Shown one piece after another: positions 1 to 8,984 of a DNA stretch of 60,388 nucleotides (positions are counted from its first letter, which is position 1; every line of letters starts with the position of its first letter). The DNA is taken from IMG/VR virus record IMGVR_UViG_3300045988_119780, positions 1 to 60,388 of that record; one strand, 5' to 3'. Under the pieces are notes generated by a model. The model made no database searches and was not told where the DNA came from. It saw nothing but the letters and a program-made list of their open reading frames with translations. The DNA comes from a virus. The translations under genes were made by a program, and so were the position numbers.

Positions 1-55
1 CCACAAAAACTAGTGATATAGGAGGCTAGACTACCGAATATCTAACAATCAGAAA
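1..55. repeat. Exact 55-bp terminal overlap with 60334..60388; assembly signature of a circular molecule
   Basis: Both ends read ccacaaaaactagtgatataggaggctagactaccgaatatctaacaatcagaaa. Confidence 0.95.
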
Positions 56-63
56 GGAGAAAG

Positions 64-104
64 GCGTGCTCCTCCCTCGATTGAAATCGAAGGTTTCCGC
101 ACGC
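64..104 (-). other. Nested imperfect hairpin 5' of tnpB across the junction; candidate IS200/IS605 left-end hairpin
   Basis: Outer stem GCGTGC (64-69) / GCACGC (99-104) encloses an inner stem around tcgattgaaatcga. Confidence 0.3.
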
Positions 105-266
105 TACATTTTAATGAAAACATACTATCGAAAAAATATAACCCAATGTTTGAAAGTAAAAAAGGAGGTCACAGACAATTTATTAGTTTCACCCATCACG
201 CTGAGACACTGTACTCATATGAGTACTCTTTAATGATATCTTTGACTTAGTGCATGAGTACCGCAT

Positions 267-707
267 TCATACCGCACACTCACCGCATATTTCTACAAGC
301 ACGCCTGCTATGTTTAAACCTCGTCTTGCCTTTACGCCTTCAAAGCATTCAGCAAATTCAACACATGCTTGCTGGCGGTATTTATTAACTGTCCGTTCAC
401 CCAGTCCAAGTTTAATTTCTTCATCAAGGTTATTCTTACGCTTAATATAACAATCAATCAACAGAGTTCTGTGGTAGTGGTAGACATCTCCATCACGCAT
501 AATACCAATCGCTTCAATCAGTGCATCAACTGCTTGCTCATACTCATTGCCCGTTGATTCTTCCTGGTAATGCTTTTGCCATTCTTCGGGCTTGGTCAAG
601 TCGTTGATAGACCGCCCAGCAAAATTCAAAATCCGTGGTACCGTGTCGTTGAAAAAGGTCTGTACGTTTAATGCTGTCTGCTTCACATCAATCTCTGGAA
701 AAATCAT
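267..707 (-). CDS. ArpU-family phage transcriptional regulator (late-gene activator type)
   Basis: About 146 aa from MIFPEIDVKQTALNVQTFF. Size, N-terminus and C-terminal HTH-like ERTVNKYRQQACVEFAE resemble ArpU proteins. The track ORF starts upstream at a GTG (782). Confidence 0.55.
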   Translation of the reverse strand: MIFPEIDVKQTALNVQTFFNDTVPRILNFAGRSINDLTKPEEWQKHYQEESTGNEYEQAVDALIEAIGIMRDGDVYHYHRTLLIDCYIKRKNNLDEEIKLGLGERTVNKYRQQACVEFAECFEGVKARRGLNIAGVLVEICGECAV

Positions 708-837
708 ACGATCATCACCGACCAGTAAGCTGTAAGCATAAAGCCCAGGAAAATAAGCATGGTCAGCGGACTGGGCTTGCACATTAAGAATGCAATAGCT
801 GCAATCAACCCTCCCCAGCTGAGATAAATAAATGCCG

Positions 838-1188
838 TCAGTAACATAAGTCCTCCACTCTCACATCAATTTTATTCTCACTACCATAAACCTTAGCTGC
901 ATCAACCATTGCCACACGCTTGATGTCGTCATAGGCAAGCCCTTCAAGTGACTTGCACACCTGGCTTACGTCAAGGCGCTTGGCAGGCCATTCTAGCCCC
1001 GCTAAACACGCATCAGCATGACTATCCGTATACGATCTGGGAACGGCTGAGACAGCCCGTATGGTCAACTTAACAGGCCTCTCGATAGGCTTGCCTAAGT
1101 ATGCTTGCTTGACGCAATCTTCAACTGCCTTACCGTCAGGTATCGTGACATCAATAGAACTCATACTCATTGCCCTCCAGCTTTTCAT
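838..1188 (-). CDS. RusA-like Holliday junction resolvase (tentative)
   Basis: About 110 aa. The C-terminal half KRLDVSQVCKSLEGLAYDDIKRVAMVDAAKVYG..IDVRVE resembles the RusA core, and the gene sits at the end of the early region. Confidence 0.4.
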   Translation of the reverse strand: MKSWRAMSMSSIDVTIPDGKAVEDCVKQAYLGKPIERPVKLTIRAVSAVPRSYTDSHADACLAGLEWPAKRLDVSQVCKSLEGLAYDDIKRVAMVDAAKVYGSENKIDVRVEDLCY

Positions 1189-1381
1189 TGACTGTCTTAA
1201 CGGCTTGATCTAACAGGTTAGGATTTACGCCATTAGCTAACATTTCCGTAATTAGCTCAGTACCTGCAAACAATAATGACTGCCCGTCAGCCTTATTAGC
1301 AATGCTAGTAATAGCCGTTGATGCCTTCATTCTGATTGTGTCCTTGTAGCTAATCATCGATAATCCACACCCCCCAGCCAA
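1151..1381 (-). CDS. Hypothetical early protein
   Basis: 76-aa ORF co-oriented and tightly packed with its neighbours. Confidence 0.4.
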   Translation of the reverse strand: MAGGCGLSMISYKDTIRMKASTAITSIANKADGQSLLFAGTELITEMLANGVNPNLLDQAVKTVNEKLEGNEYEFY

Positions 1382-1429
1382 TTAAACTTGCGACTACGAT
1401 CAAGCCAAACAGTACGTCAAATACAATCT

Positions 1430-1771
1430 TCATTCCTCGCCCTCCTTTCTCAGCTCGTCCAGGATATCCATTGACCGTTTAGCCTTGAGTTCTTCAATCA
1501 TTTCTAACGCATGCTCAACATCTTTCTGGCAAACTCTAATTTCAATGCCCAAATCATTAACCTGGCTGCATGATTCGCTGTTCTGGTCAATACGCTTAAT
1601 AAGATTAGCAATAAGGTTTTCCTGGACCCTATTGTAATTATCAAGCAATTCAACTTCTTTCTTTAATTCATGTTCTAAGTACGTAACCCGACCTCTAATA
1701 ATCCCAAGATCGAGGCTAAGTATAACCACACATATCAAAGCGCATAAAGCCATTACAAACTCTGTGCTCAT
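1430..1771 (-). CDS. Hypothetical membrane-anchored coiled-coil protein
   Basis: N-terminal hydrophobic helix ALCALICVVILSLDLGII followed by charged heptad-like sequence. Confidence 0.5.
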   Translation of the reverse strand: MSTEFVMALCALICVVILSLDLGIIRGRVTYLEHELKKEVELLDNYNRVQENLIANLIKRIDQNSESCSQVNDLGIEIRVCQKDVEHALEMIEELKAKRSMDILDELRKEGEE

Positions 1772-1891
1772 TTCTTGTCCTCCAATTTACGAACCCGGTC
1801 TTCCAATTCTCTAACTTTACCCCTCGTGTCTGAGAACAAGTCATTAATTAACCAGTTCACCAGCGCGATGGTTACAAGCAAAATCCAATCT

Positions 1892-2173
1892 TTACTGTTC
1901 ACAGTATGGACACCCCCGCTTTAAATTCTTAGGGCTTAGCCATTGGTTCAATCCTACATGCTGCTCTTTACCGCAGTCCAAGCACTTTACATCTGCCCTA
2001 ATTGACAGCTTGTTAATGTCTCCAATCCCTGGATAAAGCAATTCCCAGCGACCTGCCTTCGCCTTAAACCGTCTTCTGATCTCTGCATTGTCCAGCTTGT
2101 TACGAGTACCATTTTGTGGAATGTAATACATTACAATAACTCCCTTGCTATTCTGTGATAACTTCTGCGTCAA
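1892..2173 (-). CDS. Hypothetical protein with C-terminal zinc ribbon
   Basis: CLDCG...CPYC motif pair in the C-terminal 30 aa. Confidence 0.5.
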   Translation of the reverse strand: MTQKLSQNSKGVIVMYYIPQNGTRNKLDNAEIRRRFKAKAGRWELLYPGIGDINKLSIRADVKCLDCGKEQHVGLNQWLSPKNLKRGCPYCEQ

Positions 2174-2366
2174 ACTTATATGAAACCAGCTTCACTGGGC
2201 AATCAGATTTTTCTCTAGCTCGCTCAAGCTGGGTTAATGCACTTGCTAAGTCAATATAAATCTTCGCCTTGCCATTAGCGTTATGCACAACGTACCAATG
2301 GTCATGGTCAAGATTAGCAACCACAGCATACAGTGCAGGATGATCTATCTTACTCCATGTGGTCAT
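2148..2366 (-). CDS. Hypothetical early protein
   Basis: 72-aa ORF overlapping its neighbours in operon style. Confidence 0.45.
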   Translation of the reverse strand: MTTWSKIDHPALYAVVANLDHDHWYVVHNANGKAKIYIDLASALTQLERAREKSDCPVKLVSYKFDAEVITE

Positions 2367-2883
2367 TGTCTTCGCCCATCTTTAACGCTTTATCAACTGG
2401 CACAGTCAGTGCATCGATTGCTTTCTGCATTCTCTGTGGCAGGTCTTCTTTAAGTTCCTCTAGTTCTGACTTAGTATAGGTCGTCAATTCACTTAGATAA
2501 ACGCCACTGTCTTGTTCCAAGCACCCTAAGTTAATTTGAAAGCAATTAAAGACTTGATTCCCCTCGATGTCACGATATGGTTCGCCGTTAAGAATTGCAT
2601 ACTTCTCCTGGTATCGGCTATCAGCTAATTCACCCATCAACTTTAATACACAGCCTGGGATTATGCGCTTTTCAAGGAACTTCCAACTCTTGGTGTAGTT
2701 AGGCAGATAAGCCAACCACAACGGACCAATGCTGCGAAGTGAGGCAGAATTAGTCGCAACTACTGGCTCCCCCGTAGGGGACAAAAAAGCCCATACTCCA
2801 CCCCGTTCATCTTCACTCAGTGCGTTTAACTTCTCAATAAATTCTTCAATTGTCATTGCTGCTCTCCTTTCAATGCTCAGCAC
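2350..2883 (-). CDS. Hypothetical early protein
   Basis: 177-aa ORF with no motif I recognise. Confidence 0.5.
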   Translation of the reverse strand: MLSIERRAAMTIEEFIEKLNALSEDERGGVWAFLSPTGEPVVATNSASLRSIGPLWLAYLPNYTKSWKFLEKRIIPGCVLKLMGELADSRYQEKYAILNGEPYRDIEGNQVFNCFQINLGCLEQDSGVYLSELTTYTKSELEELKEDLPQRMQKAIDALTVPVDKALKMGEDNDHME

Positions 2884-3166
2884 TGCTTGGCCACTTTCCG
2901 CTGATTACAGGCTTGATGAATTTCATTAGGCCATCTGTATTCCTTACACTAACGTCTTCAGTAATTGATACCGCGGTTTGCTCAATTGACAATACAATAT
3001 TTTTATTTAAGTCAATTGACCACTTCCCCATGTCCAATTGCCTGTCGCCCAGGGCCGCTTTGACGTATTTTTCTCTAATTGCATCCACTGGTTCATTGAC
3101 ATGGACTTGAATGAGTTGTCTGTCTGACTTACGGCAGAGCATTACGGTTGTTTCATAGTGTGTCAT
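2870..3166 (-). CDS. Hypothetical early protein
   Basis: 98-aa ORF overlapping the stop/start of its neighbours. Confidence 0.45.
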   Translation of the reverse strand: MTHYETTVMLCRKSDRQLIQVHVNEPVDAIREKYVKAALGDRQLDMGKWSIDLNKNIVLSIEQTAVSITEDVSVRNTDGLMKFIKPVISGKWPSSAEH

Positions 3167-3936
3167 GCAGCATTTTCTCCTAAAAGCTTGTTGATAAAGT
3201 ATTGCTGACCTTTGCCAGTAACCTTGGTAGTCTTAGTGATTCGTACTGAACCATCTGGATTAGGCGTGGTTGATTCCTTAACTTCAAACAAGCCCATATC
3301 CATTGCCTTTTGCGTTGGAGTATTCCAGCTGTCGCCTTTGCGGCTAATCAAGTATCCATTTTCACGCAGCCACTTAAAGAAGTTGTTCTGACCCATTGGC
3401 TTTGGCTTGCCTTCAACGGTCAAGTACTCGACCCCGTTTTGCTTAATGATCTTGGCAAGCACCCCGATCAAGATTGTGGTTTCTGAACTGGCTACTGAAT
3501 CAGCAAACAGTACCTTAGGCTTGGCAATTTCAAGTTGCTTTTGAGTTTCCTTGAGTGCCTTCTGCTCTTCAATCCAGCACTTAGCCCGCTCGATTGGGTC
3601 CGCAATCATGTAGCTATCTTGTTTAGTCGTAAGCTGACGTTCCATAGCGTTGAAAGCTTCAATGTATTGCAGCTTGAAGCCCATTGCCTTTGCTCCGCTA
3701 AAACCCATTGCCAACAGCGTGAACCCATCACGGTTCATATAGAACATTGGCCATTCTTGGCCACGGCTATTGATGTACGTCGATTTGACAAACATCTTTT
3801 TCACTGCGCAATTTTGTGCAGTGAGATTCTTAATGTTTCTAATTACAGTGCGATGTTCTTTTCCGAATACCTCAGCAACTTTCAAGCTAGTGGTAACAGC
3901 TTGCTGACCGTGCATAATAACTAATTCGTTCACCAT
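3163..3936 (-). CDS. Rha-type regulatory protein / antirepressor with KilAC-like C-terminal domain
   Basis: N-terminus HGQQAVTTSLKVAEVFGKEHRTVIRNIKNL..FYMNRDGFTLLAMGF is Rha-like. C-terminus KVLFADSVASSETTILIGVLAKII..FFKWLRENGYL is KilAC-like. Confidence 0.7.
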   Translation of the reverse strand: MVNELVIMHGQQAVTTSLKVAEVFGKEHRTVIRNIKNLTAQNCAVKKMFVKSTYINSRGQEWPMFYMNRDGFTLLAMGFSGAKAMGFKLQYIEAFNAMERQLTTKQDSYMIADPIERAKCWIEEQKALKETQKQLEIAKPKVLFADSVASSETTILIGVLAKIIKQNGVEYLTVEGKPKPMGQNNFFKWLRENGYLISRKGDSWNTPTQKAMDMGLFEVKESTTPNPDGSVRITKTTKVTGKGQQYFINKLLGENAA

Positions 3937-4071
3937 AAGTCCCTCGTTTCACTATAGTAAGCTTCAAAGATAAGGTGTCTTGCCTTACGCAGACTTTCAT
4001 TATAGACGGCCTTGTCCGGCTCGCCTTTATTCCACTCTTTAACTGCCTTGTGGACCAGTTCCTCAGCTTGT

Positions 4072-4365
4072 TTAAGCTTGCTCATCGTATCTTTTTTCAT
4101 TTTCTTTCATCTCTTCTTCGCTATTAAACCCCAGCCGCTCCCAGCGGGGAGGTACTTGCTTGATAATCATTTCTTTAACCTTGTGGTAATCCTTATAACT
4201 GAACCCGCTTGGATCCATTAAACCAACGCTAATCATTGCTAACACGTCTCTCACAGGCTTTCGGTAGACATGTGCGTAATTAACCACAATCTCTTGGCAA
4301 ACCTGCTCACGGCCTTCTAAAGCCGCCTGCAGGTAAGCATTCATCATTCTGATCTGCTCAACCAT
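4072..4365 (-). CDS. Hypothetical early protein
   Basis: ORF taken from the internal ATG (MVEQIRMMNAYL); the track start at 4389 is a TTG. Confidence 0.45.
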   Translation of the reverse strand: MVEQIRMMNAYLQAALEGREQVCQEIVVNYAHVYRKPVRDVLAMISVGLMDPSGFSYKDYHKVKEMIIKQVPPRWERLGFNSEEEMKENEKRYDEQA

Positions 4366-4482
4366 GGTGTATCCTGTACATATAATCAATTAGGCAGTCG
4401 TCACTGCACAAATAAATACCGTTTCCTAAGTCATAGCAGTCGTATTCATTTTCGATTGGCTTGTGACATTGATAACATACTT

Positions 4483-4647
4483 TCAAATTCTGTCATCATC
4501 CCCTACTACTTTTTCGATCAGATCAACTTCGGACATGATGTACTCCGTGGCGCATTCTTCAGAGCAAAAGCCATGGCAATCCCACTCATAGTAGCCATCC
4601 CCAGGTTCAAGAACTAGTCCGCACCACTCACATGTTACTGTTATCAT
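4483..4647 (-). CDS. Small Cys-rich (zinc-ribbon-like) protein, 54 aa
   Basis: My own translation is MITVTCEWCGLVLEPGDGYYEWDCHGFCSEECATEY.... It falls below the track length cut-off. A second 41-aa CxxC...C..C ORF follows at about 4380-4500. Confidence 0.35.
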   Translation of the reverse strand: MITVTCEWCGLVLEPGDGYYEWDCHGFCSEECATEYIMSEVDLIEKVVGDDDRI

Positions 4648-4736
4648 TTTTTTCCTTTGCTTTCTTAATGATGTCTATTAGGTCTTGGTGCATGTTATTC
4701 TTACGGGCCTGCATCAAGATTTCTTTCTGCTTTTTG

Positions 4737-5228
4737 CTAAGAAATTCGTTCATTGTCAATTTCTCCCCGAAGCCCTGGTAAAGTAGCTGCCAGCTTTGCC
4801 ATTAAGATCAATTCGTCGTATCTGAAAACTGAGTCTTCAAAATGCCAAGTGAGAGACTCTGTTCTAAGGCTAGCCATAAAACGCCCGTCGTAGTCTGAGA
4901 TAATAGCTACCCCGATAACCATCCCGTTTTGGGCAGCAGGATAGGCGTGATAGCCGCTATGATTTGCGTTATAAGCCTTAAAAAAATCGTGATAGGTGAG
5001 CGTTTGCCCACCTGAGTCTTCTTCCTGGTCCTTTTCCAAAGCGTTAGCAATCCGCTCCAGTGCGTCCAGAGTGTGTACGGCTACATGCTGTTCGATGTTT
5101 TCAAAATGTAGCTCATTAGCATCATCCATCGCGTGGCCAAATAACCGGTTCATATCATAATAACGGCCTTTGATTTTTGCTCTTATGTCAGTTTCCGTAA
5201 GCTGTTCCATGATAGTTTTCTTAGTCAT
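4737..5228 (-). CDS. Hypothetical early protein
   Basis: Start placed at MTKKTIMEQL, with GGAGGG 9 nt upstream. Confidence 0.5.
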   Translation of the reverse strand: MTKKTIMEQLTETDIRAKIKGRYYDMNRLFGHAMDDANELHFENIEQHVAVHTLDALERIANALEKDQEEDSGGQTLTYHDFFKAYNANHSGYHAYPAAQNGMVIGVAIISDYDGRFMASLRTESLTWHFEDSVFRYDELILMAKLAATLPGLRGEIDNERIS

Positions 5229-5241
5229 TTTCTTTTCCCTC

Positions 5242-5574
5242 CTAAAATCCATAACCTACTAACTCCTCGTCTACAATCTTTAACGCATCCTCTGGGCTTC
5301 GTGCAATGCCGTGGATAACTCCCCAGCGGCTAAGCATTTCATGAAACCTAATCTGGCTGTCTCTAGCCTTACCTGTCTTGTCTTTCATTTCAATATAAAA
5401 CAACTTGACGCCGTCATGCTTAAAGCCGTACAAATCGAAGTGACCGACTGGCAAGCCCTGGATAATTCTCTTACCGTCCATGCTGCGAAATTTGCCTGCG
5501 TTTGTTCTGAACACCGTGCAGTTGTCTTTTGATAAGGCAACCATGGTTAACTTTTGAATATCTGATTCACGCAT
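5242..5574 (-). CDS. VRR-NUC domain nuclease
   Basis: 110 aa with a PD-(D/E)xK-like pattern GHFDLYGF...LFYIEMKDKTGKARDSQIRF. Confidence 0.6.
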   Translation of the reverse strand: MRESDIQKLTMVALSKDNCTVFRTNAGKFRSMDGKRIIQGLPVGHFDLYGFKHDGVKLFYIEMKDKTGKARDSQIRFHEMLSRWGVIHGIARSPEDALKIVDEELVGYGF

Positions 5575-5577
5575 TGG

Positions 5578-5868
5578 TTAGTCCGCACCTTTCGCTCTAA
5601 CTGCGCTTGCATCTTTCATGACACGTTCTATAAAAGTTGCCTGGCCAATGTCCCATTCAGAGCACCGTGTCAGTGCTTGCGTGGCTTTGGCTACTTCTTC
5701 GCAAGTGAGATATCCACTCTCCACCAAATAGGCAATTGCTAGCACTGCTGCATCTTCCATATCCCAGCTGTCATCTTCAGTGATCGCACAGGTATAGCTT
5801 CCCCACCTTTTGCCTTCTTCATCGTCTAGCTTTTCTAACAGGGGATAATGTTTATTATCGCTAAGCAT
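5578..5868 (-). CDS. Hypothetical acidic protein
   Basis: 96-aa ORF rich in D/E. Confidence 0.45.
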   Translation of the reverse strand: MLSDNKHYPLLEKLDDEEGKRWGSYTCAITEDDSWDMEDAAVLAIAYLVESGYLTCEEVAKATQALTRCSEWDIGQATFIERVMKDASAVRAKGAD

Positions 5869-6053
5869 AATTGATTACTCCTTAACCCACAGAATGTTCT
5901 CAGTGTTTACCAGGTACTTGCTTGTTTGTTCTGGCCGTCCTTGTTCATGGACTTCCACAAATTTATGAGTAGCAATCTTGGGAACTAAGTCCTCGTACGA
6001 TTCAGTTACCACCATTGCCTTAGCATCAGCTCTGAATGTGATTAATGCCATTG

Positions 6054-8408
6054 CTATTGTGCCTCCTTGGCAGTATCTCCAATTACAGTTTCAGTTGTTC
6101 TGATTCCCAGGTAAACTGTCCCGATTCTTGTATGCTGCTTCTTACACTTATCTTTCATCTTTTGACTAAACGCCTTGTGGCTAAACACGTACTCGCCATT
6201 TCTTCTAGCCCAGTCTTGGAACTTTGAGTAAAGGACTTTCGATGATACTTGAGCACCCTCGCACGGTACAGTTTCGTCCTCCAGGAAAGCTTGTACTTCG
6301 TCCATCTGACCACGGTAATCTTCAACAGCAGACTTTATGCTTTCTGGTACATCAAGTCCTTCGAGTTGATACTTGATAGCACCTTCGACCGCCCAGTTGA
6401 GGATGCCTACCGCTTCACTCATTAACTTATCGTAGAGCTTATGGTCAACATCTTCCTTGGCAATGATGTGGTCAAACGGCAGGATAATGATTCTCCGCCA
6501 AATACCTTCGTCAGTCCCTCTAATGATCGGTTCATGGTTAGTAGCCATCCAAATTTTGCAGCATGGGTCAAATTCAAATTCCTTACCATAAAGGTGACGG
6601 GCTACCACACGGTCACCACCAGTGATCTGCTTGGTTAACCCTTCATTAAGTCGTGAGCCTTCGTTCAATTCACTAGAAACAACGAATCTAGCACCTTCAA
6701 GCCGTGCAATGTCTGAATTAGCTCCGTTAGTTGAACCCTTAACAATCAAAGTGTCAGCACTCATCGTTTGTGAGTAAGACCCCAGAATGTCAGAGATTAC
6801 TTTCAGCATTAATGATTTACCGTTACGCCCCTTGCCGTAGCAAAAGAACAATACCTGCTCCGATGTAAGACCGGTTAATGAATAGCCAATTGCTTTTTGA
6901 ATATATTCAATTGCTTCATGGTCGCCACCAAACGTTTGATAAAGGAACTTATCCCACATTGGGTGATCGTATTCTGCATTTGGTGAGAACTCAACTGATG
7001 CCTGCCGGGAAAACATTTTTGTCCAGTCCGCATCATGAAGAGTACCGTCTGTAAGATCAACATAGCCATTCTTAACGTTCAGCAGCATTGGGTCCTGGTC
7101 AAATTCACCGTGACTAACTGCCAGCAGGTGCATGATTTCTTTAATCATTGCTTCCTTGGCAGCGCGAGAACGCATGTGCTTTTTGAACTTGGTAAATGCT
7201 TTAGCAGCATCCTCTTCGCTCATACCTTCTGGGACGTAGAGTGGTTCATCTTTTAGCTCGTTAATTACTACGTCACAGGCCTTCTCAACGTTCTTGCGGT
7301 CATCCTTCTTCCACACGTTGTCTTTGTCGTAGTAGTACCATTCCTTGTCAGCTACCAGGTATCTGAACGTGTCCGGCCAGCGGTCCTGGAATCTCTGAGC
7401 CATGCCCATATCGTCATATGAACGATGTGGATGTTCAGCATTCTTAGCTCTTTCAGCTGATTCTGGAGGAACATTGAATTTAAACACGTTGTCAACGAAT
7501 GGACCAGCAACGTCTGATGTTGGGTGATATACGCTAGTAGTCCCGGCAATTGCTTTGTTGATGGTCATTTCACCATAGGTGACAGCACCGTGCTTCTCAT
7601 CCCACTTGTCACGCATTAAGGCTGAGTTTCTGAAGATCGTGTCCATCTTTTCTGGGTCCTTGCCAGTCCAGAATGCCAAATCATTGGCAAAGGCTAAGTC
7701 AGCTTCTGATTGGCTGGCATAAATCTTTTCCCAGCCACCTTGCATGAACAAGCGGTCACGTTGGCCTTTTGAACTGTTTAGCATTTTGCGAATTATGTCG
7801 GGAACTGGTAGATCAATGGCTTGTGTCTCAGCTTGTGGGTGCAGATCAATCACCTTATCTTCTTTGCCGAACAAGCGAGTATATAATGTAGTCATTTGAT
7901 CGCTGCTCAGTTCAGAAATTGTATTGCTAGTAATCATGTTGCCAGTAAGGGCAAAGAAACGGCCGTCCTGGTACATTTCATAGTTGCTCTTACGTCTACG
8001 CTTGCCTGGAATTTTCCCTTTAAAAATGAAGTGCAGGCCTTCACCAGATTGGCTGATTTCACCGTAAGTATGATCGGTCAGATTGATGAACTCATCGACT
8101 TCGTTTTCAGCGTTTCCCAGTTCCTTCAATTCAATATCGTTTGCAATGTGGTCAATGTCCAGGCCAACATATCCATCGCCAAAAAAGAAAGCCAAGCCCG
8201 ACGCTCGGCTGTTCTTTTCCAGACCTTTCTTGGCTGTTTTAAAGTCACACCAAGTTGAAGGGTCGTTGGTCTTGGCATTGTTGCCCGTCATTGCATTGAT
8301 AGGAATTTTTGTATTCTTATTTCGACTTGGGTCGAATTTTAATTCAAACAGTCCCCAGCGCTTGAGTGGTCTCAATTCATCGGGAATATTTTCATAGAAT
8401 GTTTGCAT
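6054..8408 (-). CDS. Bifunctional primase-polymerase / SF3 (D5/P4-type) helicase
   Basis: 784 aa. N-terminal prim-pol-like GLAFFFGDGYVGLDIDH; C-terminal P-loop GKGRNGKS and P4/D5-type primase C-terminal region. Confidence 0.8.
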   Translation of the reverse strand: MQTFYENIPDELRPLKRWGLFELKFDPSRNKNTKIPINAMTGNNAKTNDPSTWCDFKTAKKGLEKNSRASGLAFFFGDGYVGLDIDHIANDIELKELGNAENEVDEFINLTDHTYGEISQSGEGLHFIFKGKIPGKRRRKSNYEMYQDGRFFALTGNMITSNTISELSSDQMTTLYTRLFGKEDKVIDLHPQAETQAIDLPVPDIIRKMLNSSKGQRDRLFMQGGWEKIYASQSEADLAFANDLAFWTGKDPEKMDTIFRNSALMRDKWDEKHGAVTYGEMTINKAIAGTTSVYHPTSDVAGPFVDNVFKFNVPPESAERAKNAEHPHRSYDDMGMAQRFQDRWPDTFRYLVADKEWYYYDKDNVWKKDDRKNVEKACDVVINELKDEPLYVPEGMSEEDAAKAFTKFKKHMRSRAAKEAMIKEIMHLLAVSHGEFDQDPMLLNVKNGYVDLTDGTLHDADWTKMFSRQASVEFSPNAEYDHPMWDKFLYQTFGGDHEAIEYIQKAIGYSLTGLTSEQVLFFCYGKGRNGKSLMLKVISDILGSYSQTMSADTLIVKGSTNGANSDIARLEGARFVVSSELNEGSRLNEGLTKQITGGDRVVARHLYGKEFEFDPCCKIWMATNHEPIIRGTDEGIWRRIIILPFDHIIAKEDVDHKLYDKLMSEAVGILNWAVEGAIKYQLEGLDVPESIKSAVEDYRGQMDEVQAFLEDETVPCEGAQVSSKVLYSKFQDWARRNGEYVFSHKAFSQKMKDKCKKQHTRIGTVYLGIRTTETVIGDTAKEAQ

Positions 8409-8427
8409 GTCGGGCTCTCCTGTTTAA

Positions 8428-8970
8428 TTAAAATGGCAGGTCGTTATCGTTAACTTGCGCTTGCGGTTGTGCAAATGGACTAGGTTGTTGTGGCTGAGGT
8501 TGTGCTTGCATTTGCGCTTGAGTAGGGAATTGAGTTGGTTCAAAATCTGAAGGCCAAACTTGATTGCGCTTGGTGGTCTTGCCTTGGTAAGTGTCCTCAG
8601 AAACGCTAACCTTTACACGAACGTTCTTGCCTTCAAGTTTTTGTGACCAGTCGTTCCAATCTTCAATTGGAGTGCCTGGAGCATAGCCAGCAGCTTGAGT
8701 GATAGAACTCAAATCACCTTCGTCATATTGACCAGTTGCCTTACGTCTCCACACGCTGGCAAAGACTAAGCGGTTGTGGTACTTGCCGTTAGTTTCTGGC
8801 AGAGCTTGATCGAGGTCTTTACGAACACGGAGAGCTACCTTAATATATTCAGTGCCGCCCTTAGTTGCATCTGGGCCAGTTGAATCAATAGTCATTTCAT
8901 AGTAGCCTTCCGGCAATGGTTCGAAGTCGTTGTTCTTCTTGTCAACACGTTGAGTAACAAATAATGCCAT
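8428..8970 (-). CDS. DUF669-like protein with SSB-type acidic C-terminal tail
   Basis: Sits between the helicase and the primase, as in many Lactobacillales phages. Q/P-rich linker ends in DNDLPF. Confidence 0.5.
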   Translation of the reverse strand: MALFVTQRVDKKNNDFEPLPEGYYEMTIDSTGPDATKGGTEYIKVALRVRKDLDQALPETNGKYHNRLVFASVWRRKATGQYDEGDLSSITQAAGYAPGTPIEDWNDWSQKLEGKNVRVKVSVSEDTYQGKTTKRNQVWPSDFEPTQFPTQAQMQAQPQPQQPSPFAQPQAQVNDNDLPF

Positions 8971-8984
8971 GATTTATATCTCCT

